A DNA stretch of 64,000 nucleotides from Mytilus californianus (taxonomy: Eukaryota), in NCBI RefSeq assembly GCF_021869535.1, contig NW_026262582.1, forward strand, positions 59,582,001 to 59,646,000. The letters run 5' to 3'. Below are positions 26,926-39,489 of the stretch, in pieces. Below the pieces are notes generated by a model. That model worked only from the letters and a program-made list of their open reading frames with translations, made no database searches and was not told the origin of the DNA. The translations under genes were made by a program, and so were the position numbers. Within the stretch, counting starts at the first letter, position 1. Every line of letters starts with the position of its first letter.

Positions 26926-29657
26926 CTTTTAATTTGTCTTTTAGTTTGGAATGCGGAATACGTTTCTCAAGTGTAGAAAAAAGTCAAATGATTAATACTA
27001 TTGCAAGATAAATGAGTCTTAAATTGTATGTACTCTAAAAGATCTTGAATGTGATTCTCGTAAACCGAACTATGCATTAACAAATTTGTTCAGCTGATTG
27101 CATAACAAACACATATAATACTTAACATGAATCAGTTGGAACACTCCGCAGAAACACGATTTAAAACGAAAGCAATGTTTAAAATCAGAACAAAAGTACA
27201 AATGTAAGGAAAATACGAGAAAAACAAGATAAAGTGTAAATATCCTTATTTTCGATCTTTATGAAAACAGAGGCCAACGGTACCAAACGGATAAAAACAA
27301 ACTCTATGATATGCGAAATAAGAAAACATTTACTATGAAGCAATGTACACACAGGCCTACTAGCGATTTACGTAAAAATATATGATTCAAATGATAGAAA
27401 AATAATTTATAACCTATATCTCGAAAATAAATGATACGACACAATGACTAAGACAACTAACTGTTTTGATGGAAAAAGGACATGTCAAAACAAAAGTATC
27501 AATTCTTTAATTAAAAAGAAACGAAAAATAAATACATAAATGTATATAGAAGCATTTCAACAACGACATGAACAAATTGTTCTACCGTTGTATGATTCGA
27601 TATATTACTAATGCGCAGAATAATAAAAAGTCATAAATCCTAATTTCATCTGTCACAATTGTCGTTAAGAAGGCAGAATAATGACAATGACAATTTGAAC
27701 ATTTCCGTTGCCATCTCTATATATAATTTAATAAATAAGGACACATGGTACATTATAATTTATCATATCCAATGACGAAGAATTAATCATTACTTTCCTA
27801 AATTCATGTTAAGTGTCCACAACTAAACAATATTGTAATTTTATTTGAAAATAAGATAGTACTTTGAAAAGTTCAATAAATTGAATTAATTGCCAAATTA
27901 TGAAAAAAAAAACACAAAACAGTAATTCGTCTTATCTTTCCTGTTGATATTTATTTATATCATTATTGATGCAATGAACCACTCTAAAACTTTTACTACA
28001 TCTTGACCAATACGAAGATGCTCCGAAACGTGAATAAATCCTGCTCAAAATATCGGATAGTCGTCGTGCTGCTCATGTAAATATGAATGCTTTTGTTGTT
28101 AATTATTGAAAATAAGAATAAACGTATGCTTGAAATGCCGTCATAGTGTTATATTAAATAATCAGTCTAAAAGAATCATTAGTTTATACTCATGGCTCTT
28201 AATCATTAATTCATTACAAAAGGTTTGATTTATTCAAAATTCTTATTCTACATTAACATAGGTATAATCTCGAGCACGATCAAATTGAATGTTTTTTGCA
28301 TATCCAATAATATTGCAATAAAGATATTTGATGTATTTTTGTTCTTGAATCCTAATGAAAAACTAGCAACGGCTACACTCAGAATGATGAAGAAAAAGAG
28401 ACATTATCATAATTAAAAAAAAACGCGGACTTAACAAAGAACAGTCTACAAAATGCTTCCATAAAAACTGAATTGTGAAAACACCGTGATTAATTTAGTC
28501 TAAATAGAATGTCAATAACCTGTAACGAGGCAACAAATTAAGATTGGCACAAATTCCTAGCCAAATATATTCGAATACTCTATAACATTATGAAGCATAT
28601 GATACATGATGAGCATGATCACGGTAAAGGCATTGTTGTTTTTCTCTCAAAGTTACAACGTCTTTTTTAATGGTTTAGAAATAGTTTTAATGTTTTATAT
28701 GTTATCGATATATTAATATTTCCTACCTATGTGTGTGTACTGTGTTTTGATGTTGTAATATTGTACCACTGTCCCATGTTAGGAGAGTGTTAAACGCTCA
28801 TACATATGTTTAACCACGCGACATTCCGTGTGTGCCAGTTCCAATTCAAGGGCATATAATGAAGTGGTTGTTGCTGACTGCTGTCTGTTATATGTTTGAA
28901 TCAAGATTTGTTTTGTAATTAAATCAGGTCGTTAGTTTTCTCGTTTTTACTTTGTTTCAAAGTTTTTCGTTTTGGCTAATATAGCTGTCTATACGGAATG
29001 GTTTTCGCCTTTGTTGAATGCCTTACGGGGCATACAGTTATGTCATTCCCTTCCCTTGATATTTTGTGAATAATTGTATCATACCATATCTTCTTCTTTG
29101 AATAATGGAGGAAGTACTATTTTTTTCTTATTAATCAACCGTCGTTAGATATATTCTTGAACTTAATACTATCGATTATTGGTAGAAGTATGTATCATTA
29201 GCCTTAAACAAAGTACCAGAAATAGTAGCAGGTACAATACACAACTTACACAGATATATTTATTTAGGTATAAATGATAGGAAAACATGAGTTTAGAAGT
29301 GGAATCAGGTTTGTCGCTTCTTTGTTTTCTGCTTGGGTCACATACAACTGTAAATTTATCTTGATAACTATAAACCAAAAAAAAGGTAGAATCTATGAAA
29401 GAATAAGAAAAAAATAAAACCAAACACAACAAAAACATAGACAATAAGACAGACAGACATGACACAACAATAAGAATATTCACATCTTCTAAAACACCTA
29501 TTCAATGAAAAAACATCTTTTTCAATTGAGAACTTCAAGTCTCAATCTTAAAACATGAAACCTCGATCATGTACCAGGGTTATGTACAAACAGGAGGTAA
29601 TCAAAAATATAAACAAACGTGACAATTGTAAATATTCTCAAAAGTTTTTTTTTTCAG

Positions 29658-29758
29658 AAGAAGATGCGATATTTCAACACATACAGTTCTACACTATCAT
29701 TATAGCTGCTACCTTGTTGCTGGTAGTTGTAGCTGCAGTTTCTGTAAAATCAACTTAA
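29658..29758 (+). CDS. Paralogous TM exon with essentially no cytoplasmic tail (EEDAIFQHIQFYTIIIAATLLLVVVAAVSVKST*)
   Basis: T-tract + CAG|AA acceptor in the same phase as 17269 and 46999. TM is alignable with those exons; stop follows immediately, with repeat-derived sequence downstream. Confidence 0.6.
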
Positions 29759-32675
29759 TGCTAGTAAAATAACTGGTTGAAATGTGTCAAAAATCAACAA
29801 CCTGACCAAAATTGAAATAAAACCCTTCCCAATGGGTCTTCAACGCATTCATAATATCCCAAAGGCTCGCTTCAGTTGGCCCCTAAGCAATAATGTATAC
29901 TATTTCAGCAAAACGGTCGCCACACTAAAATCCAAAACATATAAATGAAACAAAATTTTGAAAAAAACCACATACAAGACTAACAAAGACTAGCATTTCC
30001 TGACCAGGGACAAGCTCAAAAATGCAGAGGGGTTAAACATGTTTTGTGAGATCTCAACCCTCCCCTATACCTCTAGAAAATGTGGAATAAACAAACACAC
30101 AGCAACACGCACACAGTAAAACTCAGTTTAAAAGAAGTCAGAGTGCAATGTTAGAATAGGTAACAGAAGAAACTAAGCAAATATCAATGATAAACATAAA
30201 TTAGCAAAGGAATACTAGCACTTATTGACATGCCAGCTCTAGAATTCTATTAAAATGATTGGAAGAGTATGTCTTCATCATATGAAAATCACCAATGTAT
30301 ATACTAGTACATCTTTACTTTTTTAGTTTTGTCTGCAATATTTATAAGTGTCAATGTTCATTGTTTTTTCTCATAATTCATATTCCGGCATTACAATTCA
30401 ATACGTTTGATACTTAGAAATGGATTGTTTTGCATATATTATGAACTTAGTTTATATGTACTTATATTATGAAGGCGACAGTTAGAAGTGTCAACACTTC
30501 TTCTTTTGGTTTAAAACCATGCACCAACAAAATAATTGACAACTTTTTATTTCTCAAGTTGGATTAATTGACATTTATTGGAAAAATCTGAGTAACAAAT
30601 TACTAATCTGTTAATTGGCATTTAATTAAGGTAGTAATACTTCCTCTTTTCTTTAATATTGTCAAACGGCATTACACAATATTTTGATACATTGTACGTA
30701 AGGATGATTTGTTTTTCACAAATAATGAGCTTTAATAGTCCAAAGTGCACAAACTGTTGCCTGCAATAATCAAAAGTTTCAATATTGATTGTTTCAAGCA
30801 TTAAAATATTCCTACCGGGATTTGGCACAATCTTTTGGAATTTTCAGTTGTATTGGTCTTTAACCTTTCAACTGTGTAGATTCGATCGCCACGAACGAGC
30901 CTTTTGTACAGTAAACCCTCGTCTGTCGTATCACATTATAAGCCCACTATCCTTGATGAGTGTTTTCAGTACACATAGTATATCAAGACTAGACAGATTG
31001 TGAGCTGTTTAAGACTACAAAATAAGGAGATGTGGTATGATTTGCCAATGCAACAAATACCCCCCAAAATTCAAATGCAGTGGATGTAAGCAATTATAGG
31101 CAACCGTACGACCTTCAACAATGAGAAAATCCCATACAGTATAGTCGGCTAAACAAGGCCCCAACATGAAAAATATGAAATAATTCAATTGAAAAAAACT
31201 ACCGGCATAATTACGAATGTTTTGATGTAAAAAGGACACGTCAAAACAAAAGTATGAATTTATGAATTGAAATATACGAAAATTAAATACATAACTGTAT
31301 ACAACATACAAGAGGGTTTGTTTATGTTTTAAACAGGTAATACAGCTTTATGACATACTTATCATCGTATTAGATCCACAAAATTCTTTGTTCAAATATC
31401 AGTGTACTATAATAATAATTTTTTCAGTTCCAAATAGAATGAATTTCGATTTTTGAAAATGCTAGTAATGTTGTGGTTCCACAGTGATGATATTGAAAGT
31501 TTACATGGTTTATTGTATAGATGATGCCAAACATTATATTCTGACTGATTCTATTAGTACGTCTGCGAGGAATATGTAACATTTCATTGCAAAAAAAATG
31601 TGAAACAATATCTAATCAAATGGGTTTATATTATTGTTCACCGTATATGTTTAAAAATGTATGATGCATGTTTTAAAGAACAGATTTATGCAAACACGAA
31701 TACTTTATCTTTTTGTTTAATTTGGTGAAATATATGGAGCAGTTCTTGCTTGTCTTTCCAGTGCAACTGAAATAGTCCGCTGTTTTGGTAGGGGTTGTGT
31801 TGCTTAGTCGTATCTTTATATTTTGTGTTTTGTAAACTGATGTTTGTCTTTTGATCATTTGTCTTATATTGCCATGGCATTGTCAGTTTTTGACGTATGA
31901 GTGTTAATATCCTTTTGATATTTATTGTCTCCTTTTTGCAGTAATTGTAATATCAGATTCAACATTAGATACCTATATGGAGTTATTTTCTTTCAGAACG
32001 ATAGGTCATTCTTTCGAAGAATCAACCCGGACGATACCATGTTTCAATGAAATATGCTCCAAGCCATAAAATAATGACCTGTGTGAGGTCAATATTTTCC
32101 ATGATAAAAATACAAACTATAATTTACTTCAAAATTATATTCGTCTGATAGTTTCTGTTGCCGATTTGGGAATTTATTTTTTAAAGTTCAATCTATGATA
32201 GGTGTAAAAAAAATCGTCATTGCCCGAATTTTAATTTCAGAAACAAATAATGTGAAGTTTTGTTAATTTATCGCTACAATACAGAGACATTATGATATAT
32301 GCAAGATGAATTTTAATGTAAAACTTTCATAACACTTTAAAAGAAAGCCAGATTTAACATATTCGTGTGTAAGATGTAGAAAATCTTATTGATTCATACT
32401 GAATAGGTTGATTAATTGATGGTTACTTAACATCCAGTGGCAAATATTGCATGCATGTTCAGGACGATGCACACTGAATAGGAAATCATACTGTGACCTA
32501 CATGTATTGATATTCGATTTCATGGAACATGTACATGTATCACGATGTCGTGCCTCCTTCGTGTCATTTCTTAACTTTTTTGCATTTATGTATACCTTTT
32601 ACTCTATCAAATGATTAACTAATAAAATATTCTTATATTCTATTGAATAACATTCACGTACCTCACAATGAGGTC

Positions 32676-32715
32676 GGGTGGGGGGGGGGGGGGGGGAGGG
32701 GGGGGGGGGGGAGGG
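32676..32715 (+). repeat. Poly-G tract (G-quadruplex potential)
   Basis: ~40 nt of G interrupted by single T/A bases. Confidence 0.9.
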
Positions 32716-33103
32716 TATATAACTATATCCTGATAAGCTGTTAAAAAAATGTATTGCTATTCAAAGAAAATCATTCTGAATATTTCATTCGATTCAATTC
32801 AAATTGTTGAAAAAATAATCACTTTAATAACCGCGATAAAATGTCATTACAAATCGACAAAAAAAAACCCATAGCACCTGCCTCTTTCCATAAACTAAGT
32901 TGATACAATAAATTACTTACAAAGTGTAGTTTATATCTAGATTAATTAGTGAGTTTTATTTCACATTCTAAATGAGCCGTAGGGCGTATTAAAACCTGAA
33001 CGCATTAGAAAGGAATATCCCACTTTAGTGTGGTCGGTAAAATAGGATGCTAAATTTTGCAAATCTTTATAAAAATCAATATTTTTTTGACGGTATATAA
33101 GTC

Positions 33104-33265
33104 AGATAATGCATATTTTAAGGTTTTTCTTGTCGTAGAACACACCTCGGGGTGTCAGGATTGCCCAAAGAAAGACCTCCCTACGGTCGGTCTTTCATTT
33201 GTTCAATCCTGACACCCCTCGCAGTGTTCTACGACAAGAAAAACCTAAAAAAATATGCATTATCT
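33104..33265. repeat. Long near-perfect inverted repeat (fold-back/MITE-like)
   Basis: AGATAATGCATATTTTAAGGTTTTTCTTGTCGTAGAACAC..GGGGTGTCAGGATTG pairs with CAATCCTGACACCCC..GTGTTCTACGACAAGAAAAACCTAAAAAAATATGCATTATCT. Confidence 0.9.
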
Positions 33266-33727
33266 ATAACGTATTATATTATATTATATAAATCTGGGTT
33301 ATATTTTCTCACGACGAAATTCTATCAAGTCCAAAATGTATACAATGATAGCAATTTCATCAATATTCTGACATATTTGTAATCAAATTTGTTTATCAGA
33401 AGAAACATTATGTTCTTTGCCAACCATTATAATTGAGCTTAGGTTCAATGTGTTAACACATTAATACATTTTTAAACATTTCATATTCGTTTCGGGTTTG
33501 GTTGTTAAAATTTTGTTCTGCAAAACATTGTTTAGGTACATGAAGTGAGGAGTCAACATTTAAACTAAAACAGATCCCCTTTCTGTCATTTTGCCATTTT
33601 ATGGTTCATGAACTTATCTTATGAAGATCATAATTTCTGCAATAGTTTAAGACAGAATTACTAGAAACCAAGATGTATCCCGAATAGAGTATTTGTAAAA
33701 AAAAAATATGTAGAATGTCATTTTTAA

Positions 33728-34028
33728 CTGTATCCGACACATTCTATACAATGGATATTAACTACGATTGTAATAGCCTTTCTTTATATTTTTGTCCCTG
33801 GTCTTGATTTTATCGAAAGCTTCACTGAGGAGACTAACCATGTCGGAAAGAGCATCTATTCCAGTAACATTAGAAGCAATGGATGTATGAAGTGTATAGA
33901 GGATGGCCAAGGAAATTAAAAATACACAGTTTAATCTGCACAGCAATGCATTTCACGTTTAATATATTTGAATAAAAAATGTCTTGAAGGAAATACTACT
34001 AGCATTTGAATATTGCAATGCACGCCAA
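33728..34028 (+). pseudogene. Possible decayed front end (signal peptide + CC/CxP exon) of a further paralogue
   Basis: + frame reads WILTTIVIAFLYIFVPGLDFIESFTEETNHVG with no in-frame ATG, then KCLEGNTTSI*ILQCTP|GT at 33977-34028, resembling CCEGFY..CKP / CCPNFY..CTP. Contains stops and frameshifts. Confidence 0.3.
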
Positions 34029-34164
34029 GTATATGACCGTGTTGGACCTGGAAAAAAGTCATCTTATTCAGTTTTTGTCGCAAAATATTTAAATAAAAAT
34101 GTACATTGTCGTGGTAGTGTGATGTTTTAATACGTTTATGAATTCAATATAGACATTTATAGGG

Positions 34165-35850
34165 TAAACAAAACTTTGCTGTGTCCCAATTGAACTAAAG
34201 ATTTTTTTCGTGCAAGGTATTCCTTATCAGGCTTTGGCCATGCTTTTTTCCATTTTTTGGTTTTATCAGTTGTTCAAATTTTGAATATTTTTTGAGTTGT
34301 TTAAAGTATTTGACCTCGAGCATCACTTAAGACACATTTTTTTTTATCAAAATGGGCATTTTGAATATTCGTTTATTATGTTGTGTTTGTTAAACAACTG
34401 TTAAAAATCAGGAGAGGAGGATGTTAAATCCCGCCTTTTTCGTTATGTGGATTTGAATTGTCAGATAGCTGTTATCCTGAAGTTATCCTTGATTGCACAT
34501 GTTGTTTTCATCGTTTAGTGTTGTAGTAAAAATCGTACAAATCTTTGTTAATTTGTTTTACATTTTGATCATACACAGGCCTTAAACGGGTTTATACGGT
34601 ATGGGTTTTACACATTTTAAAATGATATTATATAAATAACACATAGATGACAGGTTGAAAGAGGAAATTGTTACTCCGATAAAACATTGTCAACCAAGGC
34701 GAAGCAAAGATTGACAATGTTTTTTAAAATGGTAACAATCTGCTTTTTCACCCTTTCAGTTATGTGTTAATGTATTCATTACTCTGAATATTCTGTCATT
34801 ACTGTCTTTTCAAAATGTAAATTGAAAGTAACAAACTATGACGTCACGCGCATAACAACGTTGCAGTTAATAGAAAACCAACAAAGTGAAGCAAGATGCA
34901 TTTGTTTTATGTTGATAGTCGATGAATAAGATCAGAGGTCAAAATGTAGAATTATAGCATTGTCTTTTGAATTACTGATGCAATCTCAATTCACAGTCCC
35001 ATGAACTATCGATTTTTGATTGGTCTGCACGAGAGGTTCTCATTCAAAAATAGTATCTCCTGCTGAACCATTGCATATAGTAATTTGTCTCCCTCGTATT
35101 CAACAATCAAAATCTGGCATCTGGCGTTACAGTGAAGTATAATAAAGTGAACTGTCATATTGTAAAACAAATTGATATGGATAATTGTATCATGGCAGAT
35201 CATACGGCATATACTTGTGATGTTTTTAAAACGTTTATGAATCTGACTTTTGACAGCCATACAGTAAAACAAGACTTAACTGTACCCCAATTGAACTGGA
35301 GATTTTGTTTGGACAAGCCTTGTCAAGTTTCAGCCATACTGTTTGCCCTTGTTCGGTTTTATCAGTTGTTAAATATTTGAATGCGTTTTGGGTTTCAAAT
35401 TATTTGAGCTAGAGCATCACTTAAGAGATATTTATGTTGTTTTGTGTACTGTTGTTTGTCTGTTTGTTATTTTTCTTTTTTTAGCCATGACGTTTTCAGT
35501 TTATTTTCGACTTATGAGTTTGAATGTCCCTTTGGTATCCTTCGCCTCTCTTTCAATATCGAAATGCACATTTTGAATACGTTTATTTTGTTGTGTTTTT
35601 AAAAAACTATCTAATATCAGGAGATGGTTGAGCGCTCCTAAACATGTTAAATCCTGCCTCTTTCTTAATTTGGATTTCAATTGTCAAGTAGCCGTAATTC
35701 AGAACTTATCGTTGATTGCTGTTTGCCCTTGGTGTTTTTCGTTCATATCTGTAGCATAAATTGGGTCGTTTTTTGTTAATTTGTTTTACATTTTGATCAT
35801 TGCCTGGACTTACACGGCTTTTATAGGGTATGGGTTTGGCAAATTTTAAA
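34165..35850 (+). repeat. Diverged direct duplication (34165-34625 vs 35275-35850) flanking a hairpin-bearing element
   Basis: Colinear matches: CCCAATTGAACT, GGTTTTATCAGTTGTT, GAGCATCACTTAAG, ATGTTAAATCC, CATTTTGATCAT, GGTATGGGTTT. Confidence 0.75.
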
Positions 35851-38800
35851 ATGACTTGCATATAACTGTAATTGTAAACAATTTTATATGGAAAAATGTA
35901 TTTTTGGAGATCATATGGCATCGTCTTATTTCTATATCAATTAAATGATCAATGCGGAATGAAATAAGCATTATGTAATTGTTCTCTCTTTAACGTGGAG
36001 TGTGTCTTTCCTAGATTATTCTTTGTTGCAGGGTAATTCTCATAAAAAACGTTTTTCGTTTAGTCATAAAACTGTAGCACCTGATAAAAAAAATGATCCA
36101 CTTCTTCAATACGAAATAAAGGAAACAGCAACATCGCAGCAGAACTTACCAATTATGTATATGTTATTATACTTAATTTTACAACTCCAACAAAAACAGG
36201 TGTTTTAGTCAGACTCTTAATCGTCGTCTAAAGAAAACGTTTGAGCAACAGAGAATATAAGGAATTAGTCTGTGATTGTCCTGAAGGCAGAACACTTGTT
36301 TTTCAAACTGTTCTTGGCAATTGAATGGCAGACTGGTAACAAAATGTATGAAATATCATCATGCTCTACGGGCTAACTTATGTTCTTCCTATGCATTGAC
36401 TGTCTTTGTCCCTGCATTATTACAGATGTTTAATAACTCTTCATTTTTTACATGTTTTTGTAAATTGTTAGGCAGTCAGTTGAAACTCAATTGCATTTAG
36501 AAGAACGTTGGATAATGAGGACCTACTTGTAAATAGTAATGCAATTGTGCAATCACTTGATTAATTGTTCGAGGAAAAGGTTGCAGAGCCAAGGTAGTCC
36601 GAAGTCTATTTTGACTTTTTTCGTACATCAGACCCAACCAAATAATATCGTTTTATTTCATTATTTCATACTTTCTAGGGATACCCTCGGTAACTACCAG
36701 TCCACAAGTAGCAAAATTGATCCAGTGCAATAAAGGAGGACAACAATTTATACATTGTTACGTCCGAAAGTCTTTTCTGGGTTCACATACATCATTAACG
36801 TTAAGATTTAAAAAAATGATAGCTTGAAACGCATTTATAAAGATTTGAACACTTGCACAAACACATAACCAAAATGATTATGAAAGAATAGTAAATTCTA
36901 CATTAGGCTAACTTTGCTTGACTTCATTGAGACCTAAGCTTATATAATTATATAACTACATGTATCTCATATATAACACGACATTGGATATATCTATACC
37001 AACAGTCCCTTCACTATATAAAAACACTTATGTTTCGATTATAAAACTAATGACGACCTTTCTGACATGGTACGATCACACACACACATACACATATGAC
37101 AATGTTAAATCTTTTTGTTTGTATTCTAAAACTATCTATTTTAAATCTGGAATCGGGGAAGTATTAAAAAAAAACCTACTTCAGTGCTCAATCAAACTCC
37201 GAAACAAACACTTGAAGCTATATAATATCGATATATTTATTAATGGTTTTCATATCCTCCTTATTATATATCAGGAAGAATTAAGCAGATACAATACAGG
37301 TTAGATTTCTGATCAGTCCAAATCTGTTCATTTCAAATGATAAATGAAATGAAATATGCAAACATTAAGACATGACTTAATTATAAATAATTACATAACA
37401 TTTATTTTTCATTAGAATCCGTAATTTTGATTACCTGACATCAACCGCGAGGCCCTCCAATATCAAATATAATTTCCGTATAAAATTCAACAGCTATGAC
37501 TGCAAGTGCTATCCGTGACAATGCTACAAAAAAATGCATTTACAACACGAACGAAAAGCTTGATTTAACTCTTAATTTGATGGTTGTAGCATAGAAATGT
37601 GATGAAACATTTTAAATGCTCCTTTTTTATCATGTTATAAGGTTGTAAAAGCGTTGATCGTGCGCACATTTTTAACAAGAAGCGCAAGACATGCTTCGGT
37701 CATGGCTTGTATACACCAATAACATTATAAAAAGGAAGGTAACAGATAAAAGCATGACAATTTTGTATAATTGAAAATGGCATTACGATAAAATCAGTTG
37801 AACTTATATAGTACACATTAACTTTCAGCTGAAGTATAACAACCCCAGTTGATAACATAGGACTGGTACAATCAACTAACGAAAGCTATATTTTTGTGTT
37901 TGTACAGCCTAGTTTGCATAAGGTGCATATCACAATGTAGAAGTTTATGATATCAAAGAGAAATTTGCCAAATAACTTTCCAGTGATAGACACACATTTG
38001 CTACCTCAACAAAATATATAAGACGCTTATATCTACTTGAACACGAACATAGACGACACGTTTTAACGGAAACGTTGTCGTTAATCAGGAAATACAACAT
38101 CACTAAAATTAAGAAAAATTAGAGCTAAATTTAATTAAAACTGTTCAATAGAGGTCTTTGATGGATGTCCATTCCAGAGGTCAGATGATTCATGCTGTAG
38201 TTTCATTACAAATCTACTAACATCAAGGCACCCGTGTAATTTATGAGAGGATTGCAACTGTACCTGACTAGAAAAAATACAAGCTCTTCCAAGCAATTAA
38301 GCCGTTATTATTTAATATAAGAATATGAACTACAGCGATCAAGAATATTTCCCAATTAGACAACTATCGAAAAGTGTACAAAGCCCGGTCATGACAAAAC
38401 CTCAGATAACTAAACGGAGAAAAAACAGTGGTAGACTTATGCTACAAAAATTAACCAGCCAAATAATTGACAACGGTTAGATATATAACCAGATTCTGAA
38501 TTGTAATAGACAAATACACAGACGTGTGTGGCAGGGGTAAAAAGGGTTAGAACACGCATACCTCCTTCTAGTATGAGACAATTGTTGAGCAGCACATTAT
38601 TAGAACAAGCTGTAAACTTCAGTTGAAAAAGGCTTGATCCACCAGTACGTACACAATCAAACAAGCGCAATTCTTTAATAAACCCTTTATCAACCGTAAT
38701 TTGATTACCACAATTCAACATTTTACTTATTTTTTATTACAGTTACACATGTTAAATTTTTGTTCAGGCTAAGGGTGACAAAGAAACGAAGAAAAATCGA

Positions 38801-39148
38801 GGTTCAGCGCTAAATTAATGTTTATTTTCAAAATGTATACACTATCTATAAGTAATAAATCATGCAGATAGTATGAGTACAACACATGTATTAAAAACAG
38901 ACAATATTACATCAATATATTTCCCATAGAAAAAAAGGGAACTCAAACTATCTACATTTAATAAGAGAAAAGTATTGACATTACGATTTATTTTTATTGA
39001 TACATATCGTTTTGTTAATCCTTATTAATTGTCTAACTTTGAAATACAATCGAATGTTTTAGGCATGAAGTAATGACTAGATGGGTTATTCATTTATTTC
39101 AATGTTGAATTGTTTGCCTTTAAAACAGTCGCACTAACTTTTGTTCAG

Positions 39149-39489
39149 ATAGTTAGTATTGATTCTTGAAGTTCAAGTACAGATTTTGGATTTATAAGGT
39201 CGAATTTATCATGTATGGTTCAACCTTTTTCGTTCTTGGCGTTTGTGCTAATTTGACAATATGGTTTGTGATCTGCATCTTATATATGAAACGACAGCTT
39301 TGTCCAAAAAAGCCAATACAAAGGTGTAAATGGTGTAATCGTCTCCAAAACCAACCAATAAAGCTCCGATCACCTGTAGAAATTCGACAAAACGTCCCAC
39401 GAAAAGTAGCTTCTAATCTGCAACAGCAAGATAACGCAATCGACAAAAACCAATATTGTGAACCATGGGAAGCAACAAGTAGCGTGTGA
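39149..39489 (+). pseudogene. Terminal TM + tail exon of a paralogue (..EFIMYGSTFFVLGVCANLTIWFVICILYMKR...KNQYCEPWEATSSV*), 5' part disrupted
   Basis: Branch-like CACTAAC plus TTTTGTTCAG acceptor is in phase with the 39166-39489 ORF but followed by two in-frame stops (39154, 39160). The C-terminus is nearly identical to that of the 46999 exon. A downstream acceptor could rescue it. Confidence 0.55.
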
